Positions 1 through 8,250 of a stretch of 55,054 nt of DNA are shown piece by piece (position 1 is the stretch's first letter; each line of letters begins with the position of its first letter). Source of the DNA: a virus. Its lineage: Duplodnaviria; Caudoviricetes. A program made the translations under genes and the position numbers. The notes beneath the pieces were generated by a model. It saw nothing but the letters and a program-made list of their open reading frames with translations. It was not told where the DNA came from and did no database searches. Where the stretch lies: positions 1 to 55,054 of the IMG/VR virus record IMGVR_UViG_3300044846_002992. One strand, 5' to 3'.

Positions 1-2
1 GC

Positions 3-230
3 TCACGCAACCTATGCCTTGGAGAATACTTCAATTACCTCTCAACTCACCCTGTAGAGCTTCTCATCAGCAACGAAGCCAACAACGACCTCAACTGGCG
101 AGGAAGAGCGCTTCTTGGTGAGTGGCATTCCACCCACTTCCAAATCGAAACATGGCCACCAATTCAATCGAGCGAGCATCAAGTCCCGCCTCCAGTCGCA
201 GAAAATTTCTCTGCCTGGTCGCGGCCCTGA
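3..230 (+). CDS. 5'-truncated ORF, probable prokaryotic E2-like (Prok-E2 / PRTRC protein B-like) C-terminus
   Basis: Frame 3 is open from the window edge to TGA at 228-230 (not in the ORF track). It reads SRNLCLGEYFNYLSTHPVELLISNEANNDLNWRG; the 'xCLG ... SxxNxDL' pattern resembles Prok-E2 families. It lies two genes upstream of a ThiF gene. Confidence 0.5.
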   Translation, partial: SRNLCLGEYFNYLSTHPVELLISNEANNDLNWRGRALLGEWHSTHFQIETWPPIQSSEHQVPPPVAENFSAWSRP

Positions 231-772
231 AAGCGAAGGGTATCAAGTCCCTTGAGCAATTTCTTGCTGCGGAGGATGTCCCCAAAGACGCACCGCTAAA
301 CCAGCTCCTCATCGCCATTGAGGAGGCAAAGCGACTCCAAACGCCACGCTATGAGAAGGCCCTCAAGCGCCTCGTGGAAGCGGATGGATCATTCACCCCA
401 ATTTTGTCACCGGAGATGGGATGGGTGGAGTTTGAGCAATTGAGGCTGGGGCAAATGAAGCGGTCCAGGCTGAATGAGTATGAAACCCATTTCATTTGGT
501 CTCCCGTGGAGGTGTGGGTAAGGTTTTACAGATCCCATCGAGACAAGCAGGTCTTTCACCTTATATCTCTTCTCACTGGAGAGAGTTACTATGCGGGAGT
601 GGATGGAGCCGATTGGACCGCCACTATGAAAATGATGGAGGCCGACAATTCCGAATCGTTCCCCATCCAGCGAGCGCCAAATTCCCAGATGAGCATCACC
701 CTCCCAGCTCTCCTTCTGTCAAAACCCCTCATTCCAATCACCCCACTCGTTTCCAACGTCATTTACGCATGA
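152..772 (+). CDS. hypothetical protein between E2-like and E1-like genes (start uncertain)
   Basis: Long ORF whose TGA overlaps the ThiF ATG (ATGA 769-772), which suggests translational coupling. Confidence 0.65.
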   Translation: MATNSIERASSPASSRRKFLCLVAALKAKGIKSLEQFLAAEDVPKDAPLNQLLIAIEEAKRLQTPRYEKALKRLVEADGSFTPILSPEMGWVEFEQLRLGQMKRSRLNEYETHFIWSPVEVWVRFYRSHRDKQVFHLISLLTGESYYAGVDGADWTATMKMMEADNSESFPIQRAPNSQMSITLPALLLSKPLIPITPLVSNVIYA

Positions 773-1440
773 ATAGTCCAACCAAATTCGCCATCGTAGG
801 AGCTGGAGGTATTGGCTGTGCCATTGCCCCGCTTCTTTCCCGCCTCGGATCAATCGTCCTCATCGACGCCGACTCTTACGAGCCCAAGAACGTCGAGCGT
901 CAATTCCCGGCTCTCACCAGCACGGAAAACAAGGCATCTGCTTTGGCCTCGCTGCTTCAGCCTCACACACTCCAAAGCGTTCAATTCATCCCGTCCTATA
1001 TGAAGGGGATTGAAATCGCCAATAGCCCGGAGTGGGAAGGTGTTGATTGCCTGATTGGGGCGGTGGATAACAATGAATCAAGAGCCATCATCGCGGAGCT
1101 TTCGTGGGGGTTGGAAATTCCAGCCATCCTTGCGGGGAATGCCCATGAGCACGGTGAGGCCCACCTCGTCATCCCCAATCGCTATAGCCCCCTCGATCAC
1201 TTCGAGTTTCCCATCATCCCGCATACAGCTCCATGGGGCTGCAATGCCGACTCCGTGGTGGAAGAACATCCTCAGACACCGCTGGCAAATGCCCTCGCGG
1301 CAGCGGCAGCAATGCACATCCTGCTCTCGTGGCGGAAAGCCTCCAAAGTGGATAACGTCATTGTCTATTCGAGGCTTGATCCATTTAGCGGCGTGGTAAA
1401 GCGTCTGCGCGACATGGAGAGCGAGTCCTCAGAGGGCTGA
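769..1440 (+). CDS. ThiF/E1-like adenylyltransferase (PRTRC ThiF-like)
   Basis: Motifs FAIVGAGGIG, LIDADSYEPKNVERQ, NKA, GAVDNNESR and C-terminal 'GC...PQTPLANALAAA'. Start set at ATG 769 rather than the track's 496. Confidence 0.9.
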   Translation: MNSPTKFAIVGAGGIGCAIAPLLSRLGSIVLIDADSYEPKNVERQFPALTSTENKASALASLLQPHTLQSVQFIPSYMKGIEIANSPEWEGVDCLIGAVDNNESRAIIAELSWGLEIPAILAGNAHEHGEAHLVIPNRYSPLDHFEFPIIPHTAPWGCNADSVVEEHPQTPLANALAAAAAMHILLSWRKASKVDNVIVYSRLDPFSGVVKRLRDMESESSEG

Positions 1441-1474
1441 AGTTTTTCGTCAACAAAACACACAAACACACATC

Positions 1475-2032
1475 ATGATCCAAACAGCACTATCACAAGG
1501 CTCCATCCTCAAGCTCGGTCCAGTTACCGTCAAAAAGACCTTCGACATGAAGGCTGGCGATAAAAACCGCTACGTAATCGTCACTGACCAGTCAGGCGAA
1601 GCAGCCCTCAAAATTTGGGGCGCAGCAGCAAACACAGCTCTCAACGCGGGCGACTCAATCACCCTCATCGGCACAGGCCCGAAGGGCGGAATCAAGGCTC
1701 AGGAATGGCCAGCAGGCTCAGGGAAGTGGTCACTCAATGCGAACGATTGCCGCCTCGAACTTGGAGGTGGCTCCAGGACTCACCAGGAGCCCTTAGGCGG
1801 CTCCGAAGAGCACGTCGGCTACTCTCATCCAGAAAGCCACTACTCGCCTCCTACAGGCAATTCTGGAGACAAGCTGGAAGCGGTGGCGAAACGAGCAGCA
1901 GCAGGAACAGCTTTCTACATTGACGAGCTTGTGGTCAATCACGGCTTCAGCAAGGACGAGGCCATCATGCTCGCTCAAGGCGCTCACTCGATGTTCCCAC
2001 TCTACTGGGGCGGAGAAAAATTCCTCCATTGA
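1475..2032 (+). CDS. OB-fold single-stranded DNA-binding protein (RPA-like)
   Basis: YVIVTDQSGEAALKIWG...LNAGDSITL matches the OB-fold 'DxSGxxxxxxW' pattern; located in the replication arm. Confidence 0.65.
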   Translation: MIQTALSQGSILKLGPVTVKKTFDMKAGDKNRYVIVTDQSGEAALKIWGAAANTALNAGDSITLIGTGPKGGIKAQEWPAGSGKWSLNANDCRLELGGGSRTHQEPLGGSEEHVGYSHPESHYSPPTGNSGDKLEAVAKRAAAGTAFYIDELVVNHGFSKDEAIMLAQGAHSMFPLYWGGEKFLH

Positions 2033-2074
2033 TGATTTGCGGCGACGGTATGCTTGGCGGGTCCTTTCTGCCCC

Positions 2075-2345
2075 ATTTTCACCAGCGTCACCCCGCGACC
2101 AAGTAGGGAAGAGTGACGCGCCGCATCCAATCACAACAACGCACCTCCAAAGTGCAGGTTGTGTCCAGCCGTAAGCGATCGTAGCGAGCTGGGCCCGTCT
2201 CAGGGATACGAGACTACCATTCGGGCGTGAATTCGTAGCCGAACGAAAGACAGGCATGCGAAAATTGCCATCCCGACCCGCAGCGGATCTGCGGAGGAGA
2301 GACTGAGTAAGCCCTCCTCAAGTGGCGTGCTCAACCCTTTTCCAA
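2075..2345 (+). ncRNA. putative structured non-coding RNA
   Basis: Intergenic region tiled by at least 7 hairpins: gcgtcac/gtgacgc, cacaac/gttgtg, ccagc/gctgg, gtctc/gagac, ttcgg/ccgaa, ccgcag/ctgcgg, gaggag/ctcctc. Confidence 0.6.
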
Positions 2346-2377
2346 TCATGATTAGCCCATCCAACTACCCTACAAAC

Positions 2378-4297
2378 ATGACGCCTCTGCCCGAGGCTTA
2401 TCGCGACTACCTGGTCCTTGGATGGGGAAACTCATTTCTAGTGCCAGCCAATTTTCAAGGAATTGCATTAAGCGAGGGTGCCAACAATTGGAACGATGAC
2501 AGCAACTGGAGCGGACTATCCACAAGAAGACTTTATGCCGCTCCTCCCAACTCTGCCATTGTAAGAGCAAACCTTCCTCAATTGCCTGAGGGTGCTCGCA
2601 TTCTTGGTTTGGGGGGCTCATTCAGTGTTGGGGAAATCTTTCGGGGATGGGCCATCAGCGAGCCATTCGCCGAATGGAGAGAAGGCGATCACTGGAGTGG
2701 GACAAGCGAAGAAAACATCTATGCCATTATGGAAACTCCTCAATCAGCTCCAGCGCCAACTCGATCGTTTATGCTCCCGCTGCCATCAGCCTGTCTGCTT
2801 GCCATCCCGGAGGGACAAATTTACCTTGGGACGGGTGGGGAATTTGAGACAGGAGGAGAGCGGTTTAGGGGGCGCTATGGCACACATCGCTTTGGACTCG
2901 AAGGGAACCAAAGCGGACATCAAACTGACTATCACTACTGCGCTCCCGCAAACTCGAATGTGGTAAGAATGAACCTGCCACCTCTGCCTGAGGGGTTTGC
3001 CATTGTCGGATACGGGTCAGCATTAATGCCGCCGATCAACGGAGGTTATCGCCTCAATCTTGAAAGCCCAGACCCGACCTGGGAGGGGCCTGGTGATTTT
3101 GCAGGAAAAGACTGGGACTCCATTTACGCGGTGAGAGAAGCTCCCGCAGTAGAAGACCAGCTGCAAGAAGTCCAAGTGGAGCAGCCGCAACAGCAAAAAG
3201 CAGCTCTTCAGTGGCATGTTGTCATTGGAGGTCAAGCTCTCTCAACTTGTGACGAGGTGCGGGTCGCTGCCTCTCCATTAGTTTCCGACTCAAACAACCT
3301 GCTCGGGGTGACTAATGCCATTGATGAGGCCATGCGAGTCAGCGACCCCGATCTCTTCATCGAAAGCTGGATTGATAAAGAGCCAGCTCTCATCTCCATG
3401 CTGGAGTGGGTTCCGCTTTCGTCAACGCAAGGAGTAGACATTCACGCCATTGCGGAGTCGAACGCCACCATTGCCGACGTGATCACGAAGGCTGCTGCGG
3501 GCGTCATGCTGCGCGGAGGCTTCTCAAGCCACTTCCGCTATCTTGAAGACGGAACGCTTGCCATTGACCCATCCAGCCCTCCCACAGTGGATCAGGCTTA
3601 CGAGTTGCTGCGCCGCACCCTTGAAATCAAGGAGACGGCCTCAAAGCTCGACAACTACTCTGCGTGGATGCTGGGGATGATTGCGGACCAGTTTGAGGTG
3701 TATTTCGGGGAGCGTTTCGACCCCTCCGTCATCATGCAGCAGACCAGCAGGGCCTACAACACCTACGTTTGCTCTCTGGGCACCTTCCGTGCTTGGTGGA
3801 CCGAGAAGCGCAACCTATCATTCACTCACCACCGCGAGGTTCAATATGCCAAGCATCTCGATCACGACACTGGCGGGCGCGTTCTCGACCTCTCAGAGCG
3901 CTTCAAGCTCACCGTCCTCCAGCAGCGCAAGCTCATCTCCTACGCCAAGCGATTCGACATCGCCAACCTTGAAGGCGAGATGGGCGAGATGGGTGAGTTG
4001 GAAGAGGGTGATGTGGAAGGGCTGATGGAGCGCATCGACATCCGAGCGGTGAACAAGCGCTACCTCTTCTTCCTGCGGACCACCAACAAGTGGTTTGAAT
4101 ACAAAGGTCCATTTGAGAACATTCCCAACGGGGCCTCTCCCATCATCAATGCGGACACCCGTCAAATCATGGGCCAAGATGGTCAAGCTACGAAGCCTGA
4201 CGAATGGATTCCTGTTGGTGTCATTGCCTCTCCAGCAGCCCTTGAATCTGTTGGGTTTGATGTAGAGGATGAAGAAGACGAGGAGGATGAGTCGTGA
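2378..4297 (+). CDS. N-terminal 4x tandem-repeat domain fused to an LmbU-like DNA-binding domain (start 2348 or 2378)
   Basis: Repeats of the form LPEG..LG.G..F...W.G....YA. The C-terminal SAWMLG..YFGERF..TSRAYNT..RNLSFTHHREV..LTVLQQR resembles the LmbU family pattern (WxLGD..LSFxHHxEV). Acidic tail. Confidence 0.6.
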   Translation: MTPLPEAYRDYLVLGWGNSFLVPANFQGIALSEGANNWNDDSNWSGLSTRRLYAAPPNSAIVRANLPQLPEGARILGLGGSFSVGEIFRGWAISEPFAEWREGDHWSGTSEENIYAIMETPQSAPAPTRSFMLPLPSACLLAIPEGQIYLGTGGEFETGGERFRGRYGTHRFGLEGNQSGHQTDYHYCAPANSNVVRMNLPPLPEGFAIVGYGSALMPPINGGYRLNLESPDPTWEGPGDFAGKDWDSIYAVREAPAVEDQLQEVQVEQPQQQKAALQWHVVIGGQALSTCDEVRVAASPLVSDSNNLLGVTNAIDEAMRVSDPDLFIESWIDKEPALISMLEWVPLSSTQGVDIHAIAESNATIADVITKAAAGVMLRGGFSSHFRYLEDGTLAIDPSSPPTVDQAYELLRRTLEIKETASKLDNYSAWMLGMIADQFEVYFGERFDPSVIMQQTSRAYNTYVCSLGTFRAWWTEKRNLSFTHHREVQYAKHLDHDTGGRVLDLSERFKLTVLQQRKLISYAKRFDIANLEGEMGEMGELEEGDVEGLMERIDIRAVNKRYLFFLRTTNKWFEYKGPFENIPNGASPIINADTRQIMGQDGQATKPDEWIPVGVIASPAALESVGFDVEDEEDEEDES

Positions 4298-4692
4298 ATG
4301 ACATCCCGACACCGAGGACGGAAGCCGAGCGGTTGAAGCGGGAGCTTGACTCATACCAGAAAGAAATACCGGATTGTATTCAAAGCGCGAAAGATGCTCA
4401 CTTGCAAAATTGGGAGCAGCTTTCCATTATCGGCGTATTAAGGCGATTCCCTCAAATTTGCCATTGGTATAAAACATCGGAGCGCGAGCTTGCCGAGGCA
4501 CGGGAATCCGAGGCATCCGAGGCGCGATGGGCGGCTCAATACAAGCAGCAACGGGACGCACTGGCGGGCGTTATTCTCGACATCCGCGCTGGATACGGCG
4601 GGCAAGTGGTCGATCCTGATTGCGCCTGTGATGACTGTGAGTTTCTCGGAAAACTGGATTCCGCCCTCGCCACCCTAGAAGAGAGGACCTGA
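4294..4692 (+). CDS. hypothetical coiled-coil phage protein
   Basis: GTGA overlap with the upstream stop; N-terminal TPRTEAE; CxCxxC near the C-terminus. Confidence 0.7.
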   Translation: MNDIPTPRTEAERLKRELDSYQKEIPDCIQSAKDAHLQNWEQLSIIGVLRRFPQICHWYKTSERELAEARESEASEARWAAQYKQQRDALAGVILDIRAGYGGQVVDPDCACDDCEFLGKLDSALATLEERT

Positions 4693-4693
4693 T

Positions 4694-4885
4694 ATGATTG
4701 CCCTCACAATAGCTCTAGGGCTCCTCTTGCTTCTGCTGCTCATTCTCCGTGAAGAATGGCGAAAGCTGGTGAAGCAAGCCCGCCTAGGCGTTCAATCCAC
4801 GTTCTCTCACGCCCATCAAATTTACCCTCACGCCAAGCCATTCTCCCATCCTCCTGGAAAATACCTCCCAAGGCAAGACTCCTAA
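4694..4885 (+). CDS. small membrane-anchored hypothetical protein
   Basis: Hydrophobic N-terminus IALTIALGLLLLLLLIL; starts 1 nt after the upstream stop. Confidence 0.6.
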   Translation: MIALTIALGLLLLLLLILREEWRKLVKQARLGVQSTFSHAHQIYPHAKPFSHPPGKYLPRQDS

Positions 4886-4946
4886 AAAGACAGAGTTTCT
4901 CAAAAAAGCTGGATTTGCCCACAAGCCCAGACAGCATCCCTCTCCT

Positions 4947-6842
4947 ATGACCAATCCCGAAGAATTCTACTCCTTCTCAACCGTCCTCGATACTGTAGGA
5001 TCACGCATTGACGAGCTAGTCAGCTACCTACTGCCTGCTGCCCGCAAGCAAGCTGGCTGCTACCGCGTAGGAGGCATTGACGGCTCTCCTGGCTCCTCCC
5101 TCTCCATCTCCACCAAGCCCTCCAATGCTGGCTGCTACTACGACCACAACGGAGGCGACAGCGGCAACGCTATTGGCCTCTGGGCGCACGTCAAAGGCCT
5201 AGACTACCAAGCAGCAGGCCGCGACCTCGCTCGCTTCCTAGGAGTGGCTCCAGAGCCCCGCATGCACATGCCCAAGCGGCGCAACCCTCCCAAGATTGTC
5301 CGAGAGGAGCGAGGACTTACCATGACCTGTGGCGGGCGAGAAGTGCATGTAGGCCCCCTCAACGCCAAAAGCATCAACTACGCCCTGTCACGCGGCATCA
5401 CCGAAGCCACCCTTAGACTCGCAAAATGCACCTCCACCGACACCCACATTGTATTCCCCCACTTCGATGAAGAAGACAAAGCAGTTTTGCTTAAAGCTTG
5501 GTCCTGTGACGGGCGGAAGCATATGTTCTCGAACGATGATCCTGTTCCAACCCTATTCGGCAAAAACATGGTTGACCCACTCAAGTCGGGATCGACCCTA
5601 ATCATCACGGAGGGGCAGTGGGACGCTCTGACATGGCAGCAGCTAGGCTATCCAGCCGTCTCCATCCCTTCAGGAGTCAGTAACGATGAGTGGATTGGTG
5701 AAGACTGGTCGTTCCTCAATTGCTTCTCCCAGATTTACCTCGATTTTGATGACGACCCACCCGGCCAAGAAGCCGAGCTGAAAGCCAAAGTGAGGCTGGG
5801 TTACGACAGGTGCCGCTCGATCCGCTATCGCTTCAAAGACGCCAACGCTGCGCTTGTGGCGGGCGCTGAGGACGTTCTCCGAGAAGCCTTCAAGCATGCC
5901 AAAGAGGCCCCTGTAGAGCGCATTGTCAAAGCCTCTGACATCAAAGACAAGGTGAAGGATAGGCTCAACCGGACCAACATGCAGGCCGGAACCCCGTTTT
6001 TCCTGAGGAGCGTTGAATTTGAATTTCGCCCCTACGAAATCACGCTTTGGTTCGGAATCACGGGTCACGGCAAATCCTCCATTCTCTCCAATCAAATCTG
6101 CTATGCTGCCTCCTTGGGTAAAATGGCGATGGTGGCATCCTTCGAGCAGGCCACGCCAATGACGGTGGCGGCAATGCTTTCGCAGTTTACCTCGGATGCA
6201 CAAATTGGCTCCAGTCCTGACTTTGACGAAGCCTTTGATGCCCTAACCTCTCGAGTGATGTTCTTTGACTCGATGCTTCGCGCCAACCCGGATGAACTCA
6301 TCGCCACGATGACCATTGCCCACAAGCAGTTGGGCATTGATGAATTTGTCATCGACAACATCATGACGCTGGAAGTGGACAGACAGGACAACACTGCCCA
6401 AGCGGCTGTCGCCGACAGGTTTCGGGTTTTTGCTGCTCAGTTCCCAGTTCACATTCATCTGGTTGCCCACCCCCGGAAGCCCCCAGCAAACGAGGCTTCA
6501 AAGCCCCCCTCCATCGCGGACATCATGGGCGCTTCAGAATGGAGCGGCATGGCTCACAACGTCATCTGCGTATGGCGTGACGTAGCCAAAACGCAGCGCC
6601 TCTCAGAGATGCGAGACGAGCAAATGGATGCTGCTGAAATCATGGCGTTCGATGAAAGCTGCCCTGATGGCAAGGCCTTCTGGCGAAAGCAGCGCGACTC
6701 AGGCGAGCTGCCAATGGTGTCTTATCGCTTTTGCAAAAAGACCAAACGCGCGTGGAAAACACCCGATGATCTCATGCCCCTGTGGTTCCCTGAGGATCAT
6801 CAATTTGGCGGCGAAACAATCTCCACAGAGGAGCAAGGCTGA
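4947..6842 (+). CDS. primase-helicase (TOPRIM + DnaB/SF4, Twinkle/T7 gp4-like)
   Basis: TOPRIM motifs IITEGQWDAL and YLDFDDDPPGQ, then KDAN; Walker A GITGHGKSS, Walker B FVIDNI, and HLVAHPRK. Confidence 0.95.
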   Translation: MTNPEEFYSFSTVLDTVGSRIDELVSYLLPAARKQAGCYRVGGIDGSPGSSLSISTKPSNAGCYYDHNGGDSGNAIGLWAHVKGLDYQAAGRDLARFLGVAPEPRMHMPKRRNPPKIVREERGLTMTCGGREVHVGPLNAKSINYALSRGITEATLRLAKCTSTDTHIVFPHFDEEDKAVLLKAWSCDGRKHMFSNDDPVPTLFGKNMVDPLKSGSTLIITEGQWDALTWQQLGYPAVSIPSGVSNDEWIGEDWSFLNCFSQIYLDFDDDPPGQEAELKAKVRLGYDRCRSIRYRFKDANAALVAGAEDVLREAFKHAKEAPVERIVKASDIKDKVKDRLNRTNMQAGTPFFLRSVEFEFRPYEITLWFGITGHGKSSILSNQICYAASLGKMAMVASFEQATPMTVAAMLSQFTSDAQIGSSPDFDEAFDALTSRVMFFDSMLRANPDELIATMTIAHKQLGIDEFVIDNIMTLEVDRQDNTAQAAVADRFRVFAAQFPVHIHLVAHPRKPPANEASKPPSIADIMGASEWSGMAHNVICVWRDVAKTQRLSEMRDEQMDAAEIMAFDESCPDGKAFWRKQRDSGELPMVSYRFCKKTKRAWKTPDDLMPLWFPEDHQFGGETISTEEQG

Positions 6843-6951
6843 GCTTCCAATGGCCCCAAAGTGGCTGATGGAGGTTTTTAGTTTTCCCTCCATCGGGACT
6901 TTGACAGTTGCGCCCTCCAACTGGTAATTGGAAGAGAGGGCAAATTTTCAA

Positions 6952-7075
6952 GCATAACGTCAAAGTGGAGGGACCGGCGGGGAGCACCGCGACGCCGAAG
7001 CCAACCAACTCACCCCAATGAAAAATCGAACTAACAACGCCGTTACGCCGGTTCCTCTCTCACGACTTGTTGTGC
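6952..7075 (+). mobile_element. attC-like recombination site 1
   Basis: Inverse core GCATAAC ... core GTTGTGC; imperfect inverted repeat agtggagggaccggcg / cgccggttcctctct; CGACTT precedes GTT. Confidence 0.75.
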
Positions 7076-7311
7076 CTTGGCCGGATGAGGATGACTATGA
7101 TGGCGAAACCGCTCAACTCTACCGCACCGTCGATCAAGACTGGAGCTTCCAGTTCCCCGGTTGGAAATGGGTGGCAAACCAGATCAACGCCGAATACGGA
7201 AACAACCGCACCGCTGCCGCCTGCCGTTCAAAATGGATACGATGGGTGAAGGCTCAATTCATTCGGCACAACGATGAGTCCATCCACGGCGGAAAAGGAA
7301 GCTTAAAATGA
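7018..7311 (+). CDS. cassette ORF 1, small Myb/HTH-like hypothetical protein
   Basis: WKWVANQINAEYGNNRTAAACRSKW resembles the Myb/SANT 'W..IA.......RT...C..KW' pattern; ATG lies in the attC1 loop. Confidence 0.65.
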   Translation: MKNRTNNAVTPVPLSRLVVPWPDEDDYDGETAQLYRTVDQDWSFQFPGWKWVANQINAEYGNNRTAAACRSKWIRWVKAQFIRHNDESIHGGKGSLK

Positions 7312-7354
7312 AAGAAGGACGTTGCCCGCCGTTGGATGAGACGACTTGTTGCGC
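7266..7354 (+). mobile_element. attC-like recombination site 2
   Basis: GCACAAC (exact reverse complement of the attC1 core GTTGTGC) ... catccacggcgg / ccgccgttggatg ... CGACTT GTTGCGC. Confidence 0.8.
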
Positions 7355-7607
7355 ATTGGTGGATGCGCTAAGTGAGGTGCTGCCGCAACATGCGATGGCC
7401 TGCGTCTCAAGGCTCAATCTCCATGATAAGCCATGGTCGTTCGACGTGACCGACGACGGCGGGCCACTCATAACGCCGGAAAGTTGCAGATGTTCCGGCG
7501 GCTCCATGAGGTATCTCAGGGCACTGCTGCCTGATGGACACCCGAAAGGATTTTCGCGCAACGAAAAGGGCATGGCGCGGGGAGCGCATGAGAAGCCCAT
7601 GGAATAA
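7308..7607 (+). CDS. cassette ORF 2, hypothetical protein
   Basis: ATGA overlap inside the attC2 loop; stop lies inside the attC3 loop. Confidence 0.55.
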   Translation: MKEGRCPPLDETTCCALVDALSEVLPQHAMACVSRLNLHDKPWSFDVTDDGGPLITPESCRCSGGSMRYLRALLPDGHPKGFSRNEKGMARGAHEKPME

Positions 7608-7650
7608 AATGGGACGACTCTCCCCGTCGACCATCATCGACTTGTTCTCT
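7556..7650 (+). mobile_element. attC-like recombination site 3
   Basis: GCGCAAC (exact reverse complement of the attC2 core GTTGCGC) ... atggcgcggggag / ctccccgtcgaccat ... CGACTT GTTCTCT. Confidence 0.8.
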
Positions 7651-7666
7651 GAATCAGCCCAAATCC

Positions 7667-7963
7667 ATGAAAGACATCGAATCACAAGCTATCGAATATG
7701 CAGAAGCTCTGAACGACATTGCGGATGTTCTCGACATGCCCACTGGTGCGAAATCCGCCGAAATAGTGCAAGCTGCCCGCAACCGATGGTCGAACGGAAT
7801 CCATACGTGCCACGACAAATGCAGCCGCGAAAGGTGCGTTGAGCGCCGCAAAATGAGATCCATGCGGGAGGCGCTGGAATACATCGCCCATAGTGGACTG
7901 TCCGCGCGGCATCTTTCCGACCATGCCCGAGATCACCTTTTTGTCAACAAAACCAACTTATGA
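7667..7963 (+). CDS. hypothetical protein
   Basis: Contains HTCHDKC...C; ATGA overlap with the next gene. Confidence 0.65.
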   Translation: MKDIESQAIEYAEALNDIADVLDMPTGAKSAEIVQAARNRWSNGIHTCHDKCSRERCVERRKMRSMREALEYIAHSGLSARHLSDHARDHLFVNKTNL

Positions 7964-8250
7964 AAACAACCACAGCCCTAATCCTAGAAGACTCAGACTT
8001 CACCAAAGACAAAAATCTGAAGTTTGAAGCTTTTGAAGCAATGTGCCACGCAGAAATCGTAATTCGCGGATCGGCAGTAATCAAAAACAGACCCACTGGA
8101 GAAATCTCCGAGAAGGGCCCAGATATGTCTAAAGGCCCTGCCAAGCGCGTCCGCAGGGCAAGAACCCCAGAAGTGACCATCGAGCCTCTACAAGCAGCGA
8201 CAGGACCTCAAAGCGACACTTCACCAGAACCATCCGATCACGATGGCTAA
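7960..8250 (+). CDS. hypothetical protein
   Basis: Overlaps both neighbours; a palindrome copy lies just upstream. Confidence 0.65.
   Translation: MKTTTALILEDSDFTKDKNLKFEAFEAMCHAEIVIRGSAVIKNRPTGEISEKGPDMSKGPAKRVRRARTPEVTIEPLQAATGPQSDTSPEPSDHDG

Noticed and set aside
496-768. N-terminal extension of ThiF in the ORF track
   Set aside because: It overlaps the upstream gene; the ATGA overlap and the Rossmann motif place the start at 769.
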